Shown one piece after another: positions 37,104 through 46,501 of a stretch of DNA of 64,000 nucleotides. How positions within the stretch are numbered: the stretch's first letter is position 1; every line of letters starts with the position of its first letter. Position numbers and translations under genes: made by a program. The stretch is from Myxococcota bacterium (GTDB taxonomy: Bacteria; Myxococcota_A; UBA9160; UBA6930), in contig OZ245015.1 of the NCBI GenBank assembly GCA_965223705.1, positions 1,856,001-1,920,000 on the forward strand, written 5' to 3'. The notes beneath the pieces are model-generated. The model worked only from the letters and a program-made list of their open reading frames with translations, was not told the DNA's origin and searched no databases.

Positions 37104-37961
37104 TCAGCGGTTGCTCTCGAAAACAACCGGTCCGTGAGGTTGGCTTCGCCACTTCTCCCACGGCTCTACCGTGACCATCAGATCTTTCGCGCGCGAAAGC
37201 GCGCGATCGGCGTAGGTGTGGAAACTCGCGTTTCCCGACGTGTCCGCGTCGAAGCTCCCGAGGTTCACGACGTCGCCGTCTTCCGTGCGCAGCCAGAGGA
37301 CGTAGACGCGACTCGGCCCGACCCGATCGACGCCGGTCGCCTCCAAGTAGCAGTTGAGGCCCTCGCGCAGGCAGACGATCGAGCCGATCGGCCGCCCGTC
37401 TCGGTCGCGCACGAGCCACGGATCGCGGTCGTGGAGCTCGTGGACCGCGGGCGCTGCGCGTCGGTCGTGTGCGAGCGCGACGTCGGGGTCGCCCGAGAGG
37501 CGACGCACTTCCGCCTCGCTGTGGGCCAGCGCCGCTTGGTAGCGGCGCTCCAAGGACCGGACTTTCTGTTTCGGCTCGTTCCACGGCGGCGTCACCCAAT
37601 ACGTGGACGAGAAGCCGACGCCCGTCGCCACGACTAGACTCGCCGCGACCGCCAACCGGCGCAGCAACCTGCGCCGACGGGGATTCCCGAGGCGGAACCG
37701 AGCCGTCTCGAGCGCGGGTCGACTCGCGTCGGCGACGACGCGAGCCATCAGTCGTCCCCGCACCGCCGCGGGCGGTTCTTCCGCGGGAAGCGCCAAGCAA
37801 AGCTCCGCCGTGAGCCGCTCTTCGCGCGCGAGACGCGCACGACACGTCGCGCAGGTCGCGATGTGTTGCTCCATCTTGTCGGCGACATCTTCCTCGAGCG
37901 AACCCGTCAACCACAGGAAGATGTCTTCAGCGGTGAAATCGCAAGACCGGTTGTCGCTCAT
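37104..37961 (-). CDS. anti-sigma factor (zf-HC2, TM helix, RskA-like C-domain)
   Basis: ATG 37961 overlapping the sigma stop. HIATCATC, PPAAVRGRL, VYVLWL, MVTVEP. Confidence 0.85.
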   Translation of the reverse strand: MSDNRSCDFTAEDIFLWLTGSLEEDVADKMEQHIATCATCRARLAREERLTAELCLALPAEEPPAAVRGRLMARVVADASRPALETARFRLGNPRRRRLLRRLAVAASLVVATGVGFSSTYWVTPPWNEPKQKVRSLERRYQAALAHSEAEVRRLSGDPDVALAHDRRAAPAVHELHDRDPWLVRDRDGRPIGSIVCLREGLNCYLEATGVDRVGPSRVYVLWLRTEDGDVVNLGSFDADTSGNASFHTYADRALSRAKDLMVTVEPWEKWRSQPHGPVVFESNR

Positions 37962-38590
37962 CGGCGTGACTCCAAGTGTTCGAACTCCGGCAAGCCGTCG
38001 AGGATCGTCCGCAACGCGAGCAAGCCGCGCCGGATTCGCGTCTTCACCGTGCCCAACGGCTCGCCCAGGCGTTCGGCGATCTCCTTGTGGGTCAGGCCGC
38101 CGAAGAACGCCATCGTGATCGCGCGGCGATGCGCTTCGGACAGCTGCTCGAGACCGGCGTTCAACTTCGCCCGACGTTCGTACGCGAGGACACCGCCCAA
38201 AGGATCGGGTTGGGTCGGGGCGAGCGCGCGATCCCAATGCGCCTCGTCGACTTCCTCGCACCACACCGCCGCACGCCGCCTTCGGAAACGCAACCGATCA
38301 ATGGCGCGGCTCCGAGCCAGGGTCATGAGGTAGGTCAGCGGCGTTGCGCGCGTCGCGTCGTAGCGCTTTCGATGCTGCCAGAGTTGCCAGAAGACCTCTT
38401 CCAGCAGCTCTTCCGCTTCTCCTCGGTCGCCGAGGATTCGCGTGCAGAGGCCGAACACGGAAGCGCTGTGGCGCCGGTAGAACTCCTCGAGAGCGGCCGC
38501 GTCGTTCTGCGATACCCGCACCATCAGGGCTTCATCCGTGGCTCGGACCGGCACACGGGCTCGAGGATGCTCGCTCGGGGTCTCTCTCAT
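37958..38590 (-). CDS. ECF sigma-70 factor (SigK-like)
   Basis: AEELLEEVFWQLW, ARSRAIDRLR, GLTHKEIAERLGEPLGTVKTRIRRGL. Confidence 0.92.
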   Translation of the reverse strand: MRETPSEHPRARVPVRATDEALMVRVSQNDAAALEEFYRRHSASVFGLCTRILGDRGEAEELLEEVFWQLWQHRKRYDATRATPLTYLMTLARSRAIDRLRFRRRRAAVWCEEVDEAHWDRALAPTQPDPLGGVLAYERRAKLNAGLEQLSEAHRRAITMAFFGGLTHKEIAERLGEPLGTVKTRIRRGLLALRTILDGLPEFEHLESRR

Positions 38591-38645
38591 CGGCCTCTAC
38601 TGGATAGTACGACGCCTCGAGACGATCAGATGTTTCCCCGAGGGG

Positions 38646-39440
38646 CTAGGCGTTCGCGCCCATCCGGTAGATCGCCCGGTGGAGTACGCGCATCACCGGG
38701 CGGTCCCCGGTCAGGATGGCAATGTCGAAATCCGCGTAGTCGTTCCCCTTGCGCTCGTAGAGCTTCCCGGCCTGGGCCCGCACGGAATAGGGGGCCCCGA
38801 GAGGGAGGGGCTCGAGAAGGTCGAGGTCACTCGCCGTGTGGATCCAAGGGCCCACGTCGAGATTCCGATCGATCACGATGTTGGCTTGCCGGAGCAGCCA
38901 TGCGGGGTGCACGAACTTCCGGAAGAGCGGAAGCGCGTCACCCAATTGCCGGTTGAGCGCCGCGAGTCGCTCCGTCGTCGCTTCGCCGTGAAGGGTTCCA
39001 AGCAGAGGCCGGGCGGCGAGCTCTTCGGGCGTCGCGGGACGCCGAACGTCGGGCAGCGGTGCTTCTTCGGGAAGCTCCACCGCATCGCGCCGCGGGAGGG
39101 GGTGTTGTCCTTCGCCGGTCGCGCAGACATCGCCCTCCTCGTTCGCGACGGAGACCTCGAAGCGGTCGCCTTCGAGCGGAGACGCGCTCGCCGAGACGTG
39201 CTGACCTTCGTAAACCGGGCGGCGCAGCCGGAGCGAGAACCGCCCATTCGCGAGAAACCGCTCTCCGAAGCGTTCCGCCACGGGCTGCAGTGCGAAGGCG
39301 AACACGGTGACGCCGGGCACCAGAGCGCCGCTGTACCCGAGGCGTTTCGCGGTCGCGTCGTCGTGGATCGCGTTGCGGCTGTCGGCCGCATCATTTTCCG
39401 CGCGGACGCGGAAGGTCGGAAAAACCTCTGTACTCGACAT
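38646..39440 (-). CDS. hypothetical protein, probable double-hotdog (MaoC-like) fold
   Basis: NAIHDDATAKRLGYSGALVPG, LRRPVYEG, PWIHTAS. Confidence 0.7.
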   Translation of the reverse strand: MSSTEVFPTFRVRAENDAADSRNAIHDDATAKRLGYSGALVPGVTVFAFALQPVAERFGERFLANGRFSLRLRRPVYEGQHVSASASPLEGDRFEVSVANEEGDVCATGEGQHPLPRRDAVELPEEAPLPDVRRPATPEELAARPLLGTLHGEATTERLAALNRQLGDALPLFRKFVHPAWLLRQANIVIDRNLDVGPWIHTASDLDLLEPLPLGAPYSVRAQAGKLYERKGNDYADFDIAILTGDRPVMRVLHRAIYRMGANA

Positions 39441-39457
39441 GGATCCCTCGATCGGCC

Positions 39458-40228
39458 TCAGGGCGCCGTGTAACCCCCGTCGACCGGCATGGCCGTACCG
39501 GTGACGAACGACGAATCATCCGAAAGCAGGAATACCGTAGCCGCGGCGATTTCCTCGGGTTTCCCCAAGCGCCCGAGGGGTTCCAGCTGCGTCAGCTGTT
39601 CTCGCGCGACGGGACCCTCCCGCGTGAACTGCTCGATCATGGGGGTGTCGATGACGCCGGGGCACACCGCGTTGACTCGTATTCCCTTCCGCGCGTATTC
39701 GAGCGCCGCCGTGCGCGTCAGGCCCACGACGCCGTGTTTGGCAGCCGAGTAGACAGGCGTGCCGGCGGCGCCGACGAGCCCTGCGACCGACGCTGTGTTC
39801 ACGATCGCGCCGCCTCCGGCGTCGAGCATGGCGCGGATCTCTTCCTTCATGCACAGCCAGACACCTTTCAGGTTGATGGCCATGATGCGGTCGAAGTTGT
39901 CTTCGCTGCACCGCGCCGTGATCGCCGTATCCCCGCTGATCCCGGCGTTGTTGAAGGCGCCATCGAGCGCACCGAATCGCTCGACGGTCGAGAGGACGAG
40001 CTGCTTGACGGAAGCCGCATCGGACACATCGGTCGGGATGTAATGCGCCTCACCGCCGGCATCTGCGATCGCACGAACGGTCTGTCCGGCCGCCTCATCC
40101 GCGACGTCGGCGACGACCACGCGCGCACCGCGTTCCGCCGCGAGCTGTGCCGTTGCGCGTCCGATTCCGGTCGCGGCGCCCGTGATGAGAATCGTCTTTC
40201 CGTCGAGACGGCTCGCGGATGTCGGCAT
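39458..40228 (-). CDS. classical SDR oxidoreductase
   Basis: ATG 40228. TGAATGIG, NNAG, YSAAKHG, NAVCPG, VDGG. Confidence 0.93.
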   Translation of the reverse strand: MPTSASRLDGKTILITGAATGIGRATAQLAAERGARVVVADVADEAAGQTVRAIADAGGEAHYIPTDVSDAASVKQLVLSTVERFGALDGAFNNAGISGDTAITARCSEDNFDRIMAINLKGVWLCMKEEIRAMLDAGGGAIVNTASVAGLVGAAGTPVYSAAKHGVVGLTRTAALEYARKGIRVNAVCPGVIDTPMIEQFTREGPVAREQLTQLEPLGRLGKPEEIAAATVFLLSDDSSFVTGTAMPVDGGYTAP

Positions 40229-40334
40229 GGTCCGTCGATCTCCGAGAGACGTGATATAGCAGACCGTTCGGTCCGTCGGGGTACCGCGCGGAACGCGCAT
40301 TCGAGATACTCTCGTCTAACCGGACAGAGGAGTG

Positions 40335-41474
40335 ATGGGTTTGGATAGCAACCGTGCTGTCGATCGCGCGTCGATTGGGGAGCGGCCGACGATCCGCGTG
40401 GGAATCGTGGGCGTCGGAAACTGCGCGAGTGCGCTGCTCCAGGGCATTGAATACTACCGGCGTCGCTCGGACGCTTCGGCCGAGGGCCTCATGCATTGGG
40501 AGATCGGAGGGTACCGGCCGGGAGACCTCGAGGTTTCGATCGCGTTCGATATCGACGTACGCAAGGTGGGCAAGGACGTCTCGGAAGCGATCTTCGAGGA
40601 CCCGAACTGTACGGCGGTCTTCTGCTCCGATCTGCCGAAGAGCGGCACCGTCGTTCGGATGGGACGACGACTCGACGGCGTTTCGCAGCACATGCTCGAC
40701 TACCGCGAGGACCGATCGTTCCAGCCTTCGGATGATCCCGAGCCGGATCACGGCGCGGTCGTCGGTGCACTGCAAAGCACGGGCACCCAGGTGCTGGTGA
40801 ACTACCTGCCCGTCGGTTCAGAGGAGGCGACGCGGTTCTACGCGGAGTGCGCGCTCGAAGCCGGCGTGGCTTTCGTGAACTGCATCCCGGTTTTTATCGC
40901 CAGCGATCCCGCGTTCTCCGAACGCTTTCGCGAAGCCGGGGTCCCGATCGTCGGAGACGACATCAAGGCGCAACTGGGGGCGACCATCACCCACCGAGCG
41001 TTGACCGATCTCTTCCGGCGGCGGGGCGTGTCCCTCGATCGGACGTACCAACTGAACACGGGCGGCAACACGGATTTCCTCAACATGCTGAATCGCGACC
41101 GGCTGGCGTCGAAGAAACGCTCGAAGACCGAGGCCGTGCAGTCCGTCGCAGCTTCGAGGATGGACGACACCGACATCCACGTCGGCCCGAGTGACTACGT
41201 GGCCTGGCAGAACGACAACAAGGTCTGCTTCATCCGTATGGAGGGGCGGCTCTTCGGAGACGTCCCGATGAACCTCGAACTTCGTCTCTCCGTCGAGGAT
41301 TCCCCGAACTCCGCGGGCGTGAGTATCGACGCGATTCGCTGCGCGAAGCTCGCCAGCGACCGCGGGATCGGCGGCGTGCTCGAAGGACCGTCCGCTTTCT
41401 TCATGAAGCATCCGCCGCGCCAGCTGCTCGATGACCAGGCCTACGACGAGACCGAAGCGTTCGTCCGCGGTTGA
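40335..41474 (+). CDS. ino1: myo-inositol-1-phosphate synthase
   Basis: GVGNCAS, NYLPVGS, GDDIKAQLGATITH, GGNTDFLNM, DSPNSAG. Confidence 0.93.
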   Translation: MGLDSNRAVDRASIGERPTIRVGIVGVGNCASALLQGIEYYRRRSDASAEGLMHWEIGGYRPGDLEVSIAFDIDVRKVGKDVSEAIFEDPNCTAVFCSDLPKSGTVVRMGRRLDGVSQHMLDYREDRSFQPSDDPEPDHGAVVGALQSTGTQVLVNYLPVGSEEATRFYAECALEAGVAFVNCIPVFIASDPAFSERFREAGVPIVGDDIKAQLGATITHRALTDLFRRRGVSLDRTYQLNTGGNTDFLNMLNRDRLASKKRSKTEAVQSVAASRMDDTDIHVGPSDYVAWQNDNKVCFIRMEGRLFGDVPMNLELRLSVEDSPNSAGVSIDAIRCAKLASDRGIGGVLEGPSAFFMKHPPRQLLDDQAYDETEAFVRG

Positions 41475-41487
41475 ACCGCCCGTCCCC

Positions 41488-42438
41488 TCAAGGCAGGGAG
41501 CGAGCCACCGGTTCGATCACCGTCTCATAGAGTTGCGCGATTTCATCGAGGGCACCCTCCGGCGGACCGGTCGGAATGAAGACGAAATGCCGAACCCCCG
41601 CTTCGATGTACTGGTGGAGGCGTTCCACGCAGGCCGCGGGCGAACCGGCCACGGCAAACCGCGCCACTTTTTCCGGGTCATAGCTCCGTCCATACCGCTC
41701 GCTCAGGTGTAGGGCCGCCTGATTCTTCGCCTGGGCTGCGTCGGGAGCGACGGCGATCGGGAGGGTTTGACCGAAGACAATCTCGTCGACGGAGCGTCCG
41801 CAGGCGTCCGCTTCGCGCGCGATCGCTTCCCAGTCGGAGCGCACGCGCTCGGGTGAGGCGGGGTACGCGAGCCAGCCGTCTCCATGCCGGCCGGTTCTGC
41901 GCAGCGCAGCCTCGGAACGACCGCCGACCCAAATGGGTGGCCCGGGGCGTTGAAGCGGCGGCGGCGCGATGTGAACGTCGGAAAAGTTGAAGAAGCGCCC
42001 GGCGTGGGACACGGACTCGCCGGTGAACAACAAGCGCAGCACGTCGATCGCCTCGTCGGTTCGCGCGCCGCGCTCCCGAATGGGAATTTCCACCGCCTCG
42101 AAGTCTTTGGCGCCTTCGCCGCCAACGCCGATTCCCAGGATCGTTCGGCCGCCCGACAAGTAATCGATCGAAGCCACTTGTTTTGCCACGAGGCTCGGGT
42201 GTCGGAGGGGCAAGAGCAGAACACCAACGCCCAGGGCAACGCGTTCTGTCGCGCCCGCGAGCGCTGCCAGAGCGACCAGGCCTTCGAGGATCGGGTTGAC
42301 GAAAGAGATGTGGTCCGTGGTCCAAAGCGAGTCGAAGCCGAGTGCCTCGCCCCGCTGCGCGAGAGCGCGAAACCGCTCAGGCGGAGGCATCCCGCCCGGG
42401 TTTTGCCCACTGACAACGAGACCAAACCGCACCGGCAC
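41488..42438 (-). CDS. LLM class (probably F420-dependent) oxidoreductase
   Basis: GFDSLWTTDH, RHPSLVAKQVASIDYLSGGR, PPIWVGG. Confidence 0.88.
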   Translation of the reverse strand: MPVRFGLVVSGQNPGGMPPPERFRALAQRGEALGFDSLWTTDHISFVNPILEGLVALAALAGATERVALGVGVLLLPLRHPSLVAKQVASIDYLSGGRTILGIGVGGEGAKDFEAVEIPIRERGARTDEAIDVLRLLFTGESVSHAGRFFNFSDVHIAPPPLQRPGPPIWVGGRSEAALRRTGRHGDGWLAYPASPERVRSDWEAIAREADACGRSVDEIVFGQTLPIAVAPDAAQAKNQAALHLSERYGRSYDPEKVARFAVAGSPAACVERLHQYIEAGVRHFVFIPTGPPEGALDEIAQLYETVIEPVARSLP

Positions 42439-42483
42439 GAGCGCAGGCTACCCCGACGGACCAAAGCGCGCGACTATGGGGCG

Positions 42484-43689
42484 GTGTCGATCTCCCGCTA
42501 TGCCAGCCGCCTCGCTTCCATGGGGCACTCCGACGTCGTCGAGATCCTCAGGCTCTCCGAAGAACCCGGTGTGCTTTCACTCGCCGGAGGTCTTCCGGCG
42601 CCGGAATCGTTCCTGCTGGAGGACACTGCCGGCGTCATCGCCTCTCTTCTCCACGAGCGGGGGCGGGTCGCGTTGGGGTACGGACCGACCGAGGGCGTCG
42701 GCTCGCTGCGCGAAGCACTGGCCGAGCGGATGTGCGACAAGGGACGCCGGACGACGCCCGGAGAAGTCCTGGTCACCACGGGCGGTGTTGCGGCACTCGA
42801 CTTGGTGGCGAAAGCGCTCGTCGATCCAGGCGACGTGGTTCTGGTGGAAGACCCGAGCTACTTGGCCGCTCTACACGTCTTCCGCAGCTACCAAGCTCGC
42901 TTTGTCGGGGTGGCGACGGACGAAGGCGGCGTCGATCTCGCGTCGTTGCGGGATGTTCTGGCCGATTGCGAGCGGCGGGGTAGCCCGCCGAAGCTCTTCT
43001 ACATCGTCCCGAACTTCCAGAATCCAACCGGTCGCTGTCTCGACACCGATCGCCGAGACGAACTGCTCGAGATCTGCCGTTCGTTTGGCGTTCCGGTCGT
43101 CGAAGACGCGGCCTACGAAGACCTTCGGTTTCGAGGCGACGACTCACCGAATTTGGCGGCGCGCGATTCCGACGTCATCTACGTCAATACGTTCTCGAAA
43201 ATCCTCCATCCGGGCGTTCGGCTCGGTTGGATCACGGCGCCTCGCAGCGTGATCGACGTCGCGGCCCTGTGCAAACAGGGACAGGATCAGTGCTCTGCGA
43301 CGTTGGGACAACAAATGGCCGACCGATTCCTTCGCGAGCGATTGGTTGAGCGCCAACTCGAGAGCGCACGGCGGATTTACAGGGCTCGTTGCGACATCAC
43401 GCTCGAGGCGGTGCGCTCCGCTTTTCCGTCGGGGACGCAGGCGACCGAGCCCGAAGGCGGGTTCTACTGTTGGATCACGCTTCCGGAAGGTCTTCATGCA
43501 GGCGATCTCTTGCCGAAGGTCGTCGCGGACGAGCGCGTCGCCTACGTCGCCGGTCCCGCGTTCTTCCACGACCGAGAGCGCGGAGGCAGGAACCTCCGCG
43601 TCGCGTTCAGTTACGTCGACGAGGCGGAGCTGGGCGACGCGGTTCGCCGGTTGGGACGATTCTTTGAGCGGATGCTGACCGGCGGGTAG
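42484..43689 (+). CDS. PLP-dependent aminotransferase class I (LysN-like)
   Basis: GTG 42484. SLAGGLP, PNFQNPTG, EDAAY, TFSKILHPGVRLGW. Confidence 0.9.
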   Translation: MSISRYASRLASMGHSDVVEILRLSEEPGVLSLAGGLPAPESFLLEDTAGVIASLLHERGRVALGYGPTEGVGSLREALAERMCDKGRRTTPGEVLVTTGGVAALDLVAKALVDPGDVVLVEDPSYLAALHVFRSYQARFVGVATDEGGVDLASLRDVLADCERRGSPPKLFYIVPNFQNPTGRCLDTDRRDELLEICRSFGVPVVEDAAYEDLRFRGDDSPNLAARDSDVIYVNTFSKILHPGVRLGWITAPRSVIDVAALCKQGQDQCSATLGQQMADRFLRERLVERQLESARRIYRARCDITLEAVRSAFPSGTQATEPEGGFYCWITLPEGLHAGDLLPKVVADERVAYVAGPAFFHDRERGGRNLRVAFSYVDEAELGDAVRRLGRFFERMLTGG

Positions 43690-43719
43690 CCTCCAGACCG
43701 AACGGAAGAAGGAGCCTCG

Positions 43720-44940
43720 ATGACCGAACCGAACCACATCCTCGACGGGCTGCGGGTTCTCGACTTTACGCAAGTCTTGGCGGGGCCGACGACCACGCGA
43801 CTTATGGCGGAGCTCGGCGCCGAAGTGATCAAGCTCGAGCTGGCGCCGACCGGCGACTTCTCGCGATTCTTGCCGTTCCGCAATGAAGCGGGTCGCAGCG
43901 CTTATCACGTTCAGCAAAATCGCGGCAAGAAGAGCTTGTGCCTCGACGCGAAGAGCCCGGAAGGTCGCGAGATTATCTCGGAGCTGATCGGTCGAGCGGA
44001 CGTGGTGATCGAAAACTACGCGCCGGGCACCATCGGACGGCTCGGTTTTTCCTGGGAGAAAGTTCACGAGATCAATCCGAGTGCGGTGATGTGTTCCCTG
44101 TCGGCTTTCGGCCAATCGGGTCCGCTCGCTCATTTGCCCGGTTACGACTACATCGCCCAGGCGTACGCGGCAGTCACCCACATGATCGGAGATCCGGACG
44201 GTGCCCCTTCTTTCCCTGTGTTGGGGATCGGCGACGTCATGACCGGGGTACACGCGGCGGCGGCCATCGGTTTTGCATTGCTCTACCGGGAGCGGACGGG
44301 ACGGGGACAACACCTCGACATTTCGCTCCTCGACTCATACTTCCACTGTCACGAAGTCAACATCCAGATGTACAGCGCGACGCGCGGCGCCTTCGAACCG
44401 AACCGCTCGGGCTCTCACCACTATGCCGTCGCTCCCCTGGGCTTGTTCAAGGGCAAGGACCGCTACATGTTCATCATCGCGCTGGACCACCAATGGCCGT
44501 CGCTTTGTCGGGCGATGGGACGTCCCGAGTTGATCGATGACGAGCGGTACAGCGACAACGCGAAACGGACGGAACGGATCACCGAGGTCGCCAGCCTGAT
44601 CGAGGATTGGCTTCGAAGCACGCCCGACGATGAGACGGCGCTCAAGCAGCTCGAAGAAGCGCGCGTTCCCTGTGCCCCGGTCCTCTCGATCGCCGAGGCA
44701 GTCGCACACCCGCACCTCCGGGAGCGCAAGACGATTCGGACCATCGAAGACCGGATCCTGGGAGAGCTCGATATCCCCGGGATGCCGCTTCGCTTCTCCG
44801 AGTTTCCCGACGCGCTAGAACTCGAAGCGCCGCTACTCGGGGAGCACAACGCCGACGTTCTCGGAGCCGTCCTCGGCTACGACGCCGCCCGCGTCGAAGA
44901 CCTGACGAACCGAGGCATCCTCGTGCGAGGCGATACCTAG
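43720..44940 (+). CDS. CaiB/BaiF family CoA transferase
   Basis: LDGLRVLDFTQVLAGP, NRGKKS, ENYAPG, APLLGEH. Confidence 0.92.
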   Translation: MTEPNHILDGLRVLDFTQVLAGPTTTRLMAELGAEVIKLELAPTGDFSRFLPFRNEAGRSAYHVQQNRGKKSLCLDAKSPEGREIISELIGRADVVIENYAPGTIGRLGFSWEKVHEINPSAVMCSLSAFGQSGPLAHLPGYDYIAQAYAAVTHMIGDPDGAPSFPVLGIGDVMTGVHAAAAIGFALLYRERTGRGQHLDISLLDSYFHCHEVNIQMYSATRGAFEPNRSGSHHYAVAPLGLFKGKDRYMFIIALDHQWPSLCRAMGRPELIDDERYSDNAKRTERITEVASLIEDWLRSTPDDETALKQLEEARVPCAPVLSIAEAVAHPHLRERKTIRTIEDRILGELDIPGMPLRFSEFPDALELEAPLLGEHNADVLGAVLGYDAARVEDLTNRGILVRGDT

Positions 44941-45059
44941 GGAGCGTGTCACCAACGGCGCGGGGCCGCGGTTGGGCAGTGCGTCGCGAGGCCGTGGCAG
45001 GTGGGGGTACCGCGCGCAGTTCCGCAGCGCCGCCGACTGCCACGGCCCGACCGCGATCT

Positions 45060-45650
45060 CTACTGCTTGTGCGCTTCGACCTCGATCCAGATCGTGACGT
45101 CCGAGCCGATGCCGCCTTCTCCGTATTTCATGCCGAAGTCGGTGCGGTCGATCGTGAGCTTTCCGGAGAAGCCCGCGACCAGCACCCCGTTCATGGCGGG
45201 AATCGGGTGCGGGGCGTGCTTGTTGAACGTCACTTCCATCGTCACGGGCGCCGTCTTGCCGAGCAGGGTGAGGTCGCCCGCGATCTTCGCGGTCTTGTCG
45301 CCCGTCATTTCGACCGATGTCGACGAGAATTTCATCGTCGAGAACTCGGCCGCGTTGAAGAAGTCCGGTGATCGGAGATGCTCGTCGCGCTTCGCCTGGC
45401 CCGTATCGACGGAGTTCGTCTGAATCGTGACCGAGACCGTAGACGCCGCGAGGTTTTCCGGGTCGAGCGAGAGCTCCCCCTCAATTTCGTTGAAGCGTCC
45501 GGCCACCCTCGCGTAACCGAAATGATCGACGGCGAAGAATACGCCGGTGTGCGCGGGATCGAACTTGTAGGAAGCGGTCGCTGCGCTGGCGCCAGCGGAC
45601 ATTCCGCAAGCGACCAGAGCCGACATCAAGAACCTGAACAGGGGAGCCAT
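45060..45650 (-). CDS. yceI: YceI family periplasmic lipid/polyisoprenoid-binding protein
   Basis: ATG 45650, signal peptide, DPAHT, RDEHLRSPDFF, IDRTDFGM. Confidence 0.92.
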   Translation of the reverse strand: MAPLFRFLMSALVACGMSAGASAATASYKFDPAHTGVFFAVDHFGYARVAGRFNEIEGELSLDPENLAASTVSVTIQTNSVDTGQAKRDEHLRSPDFFNAAEFSTMKFSSTSVEMTGDKTAKIAGDLTLLGKTAPVTMEVTFNKHAPHPIPAMNGVLVAGFSGKLTIDRTDFGMKYGEGGIGSDVTIWIEVEAHKQ

Positions 45651-45691
45651 AAACTCTTCTCCTTCGAACTTTCTTCGTAAATCACTTCTAG

Positions 45692-46498
45692 TTAGTAGCC
45701 ACTCGAGGTCTGCTGAGACCAGGAGACGAGGACGGCGAGAGCCGTCGGAATGAGACATAGACCCGCTAGGGCGAGCGCGCGCGTCGCCCGACCGCGTGCC
45801 GGTAGACCTTTCGGAAGCCACACGACCAGGAACGAGCACGCGAGCAGGAGAAGTGCCGCGTTCGAGGTTCGCGAGAACAGAGCCGCTTGGTGGGAAAGGA
45901 GAAGAAAGCTCCCGATGCCCACGACAACCGCCGCCGTGCCGTGATGCCACCGCTGGCGCGGCCAGTTCCAGAGCAGAAGACCGCCGGTGGCTGCCGCGAG
46001 GCCGCCCGATGCCTGCGCGATCGACGCGGAAGAGCCGAAAAAAGCCACGGGGATGAGACCCAAGGACGCGACGAGCAACATCACCAACACATCCTGCTGT
46101 TCTCGCCACAAACAGATCGCGAGGAGTGCCGAAGCGAGAGCCGTTGCGACGATCGCCTCGAGCGTCCCGTCGCCGCCGAGCCGCGGCCATGCGACATAGG
46201 CACACGAGACCACGGACCAAAGCACGGTGCCGGACACCCGCCACGGCAAAGCCGCCGGCAGTACGGCGAGGAGCACGCCTCCAGCCGCGATGAGATACGG
46301 GATCTTCTGTGTCGACGAAACGGGTGGGAACGCGGGAACGCCGATCGCGGCTACGTAGGCCGCGATGAAACCGATCCCGACCGCGAATCCCGTCCAGTCG
46401 TGGCGCAGAGCGGCCCAGGCCGGCGCGCTGATCAGCGCGAGGGCGAGTGGGATGATCGCCGACTGGACCGCCGGGTTTTGGAGGGAGAAGAATTCCAT
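45692..46498 (-). CDS. hypothetical integral membrane protein
   Basis: About 9 hydrophobic segments. Starts 3 bp after the kinase stop. Confidence 0.75.
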   Translation of the reverse strand: MEFFSLQNPAVQSAIIPLALALISAPAWAALRHDWTGFAVGIGFIAAYVAAIGVPAFPPVSSTQKIPYLIAAGGVLLAVLPAALPWRVSGTVLWSVVSCAYVAWPRLGGDGTLEAIVATALASALLAICLWREQQDVLVMLLVASLGLIPVAFFGSSASIAQASGGLAAATGGLLLWNWPRQRWHHGTAAVVVGIGSFLLLSHQAALFSRTSNAALLLLACSFLVVWLPKGLPARGRATRALALAGLCLIPTALAVLVSWSQQTSSGY

Positions 46499-46501
46499 GA
46501 T

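Noticed and set aside
40278..45016. 13-mer GGGGTACCGCGCG in two intergenic regions (40278 and 45004)
   Set aside because: Two copies only, GC-rich, with dissimilar flanks.
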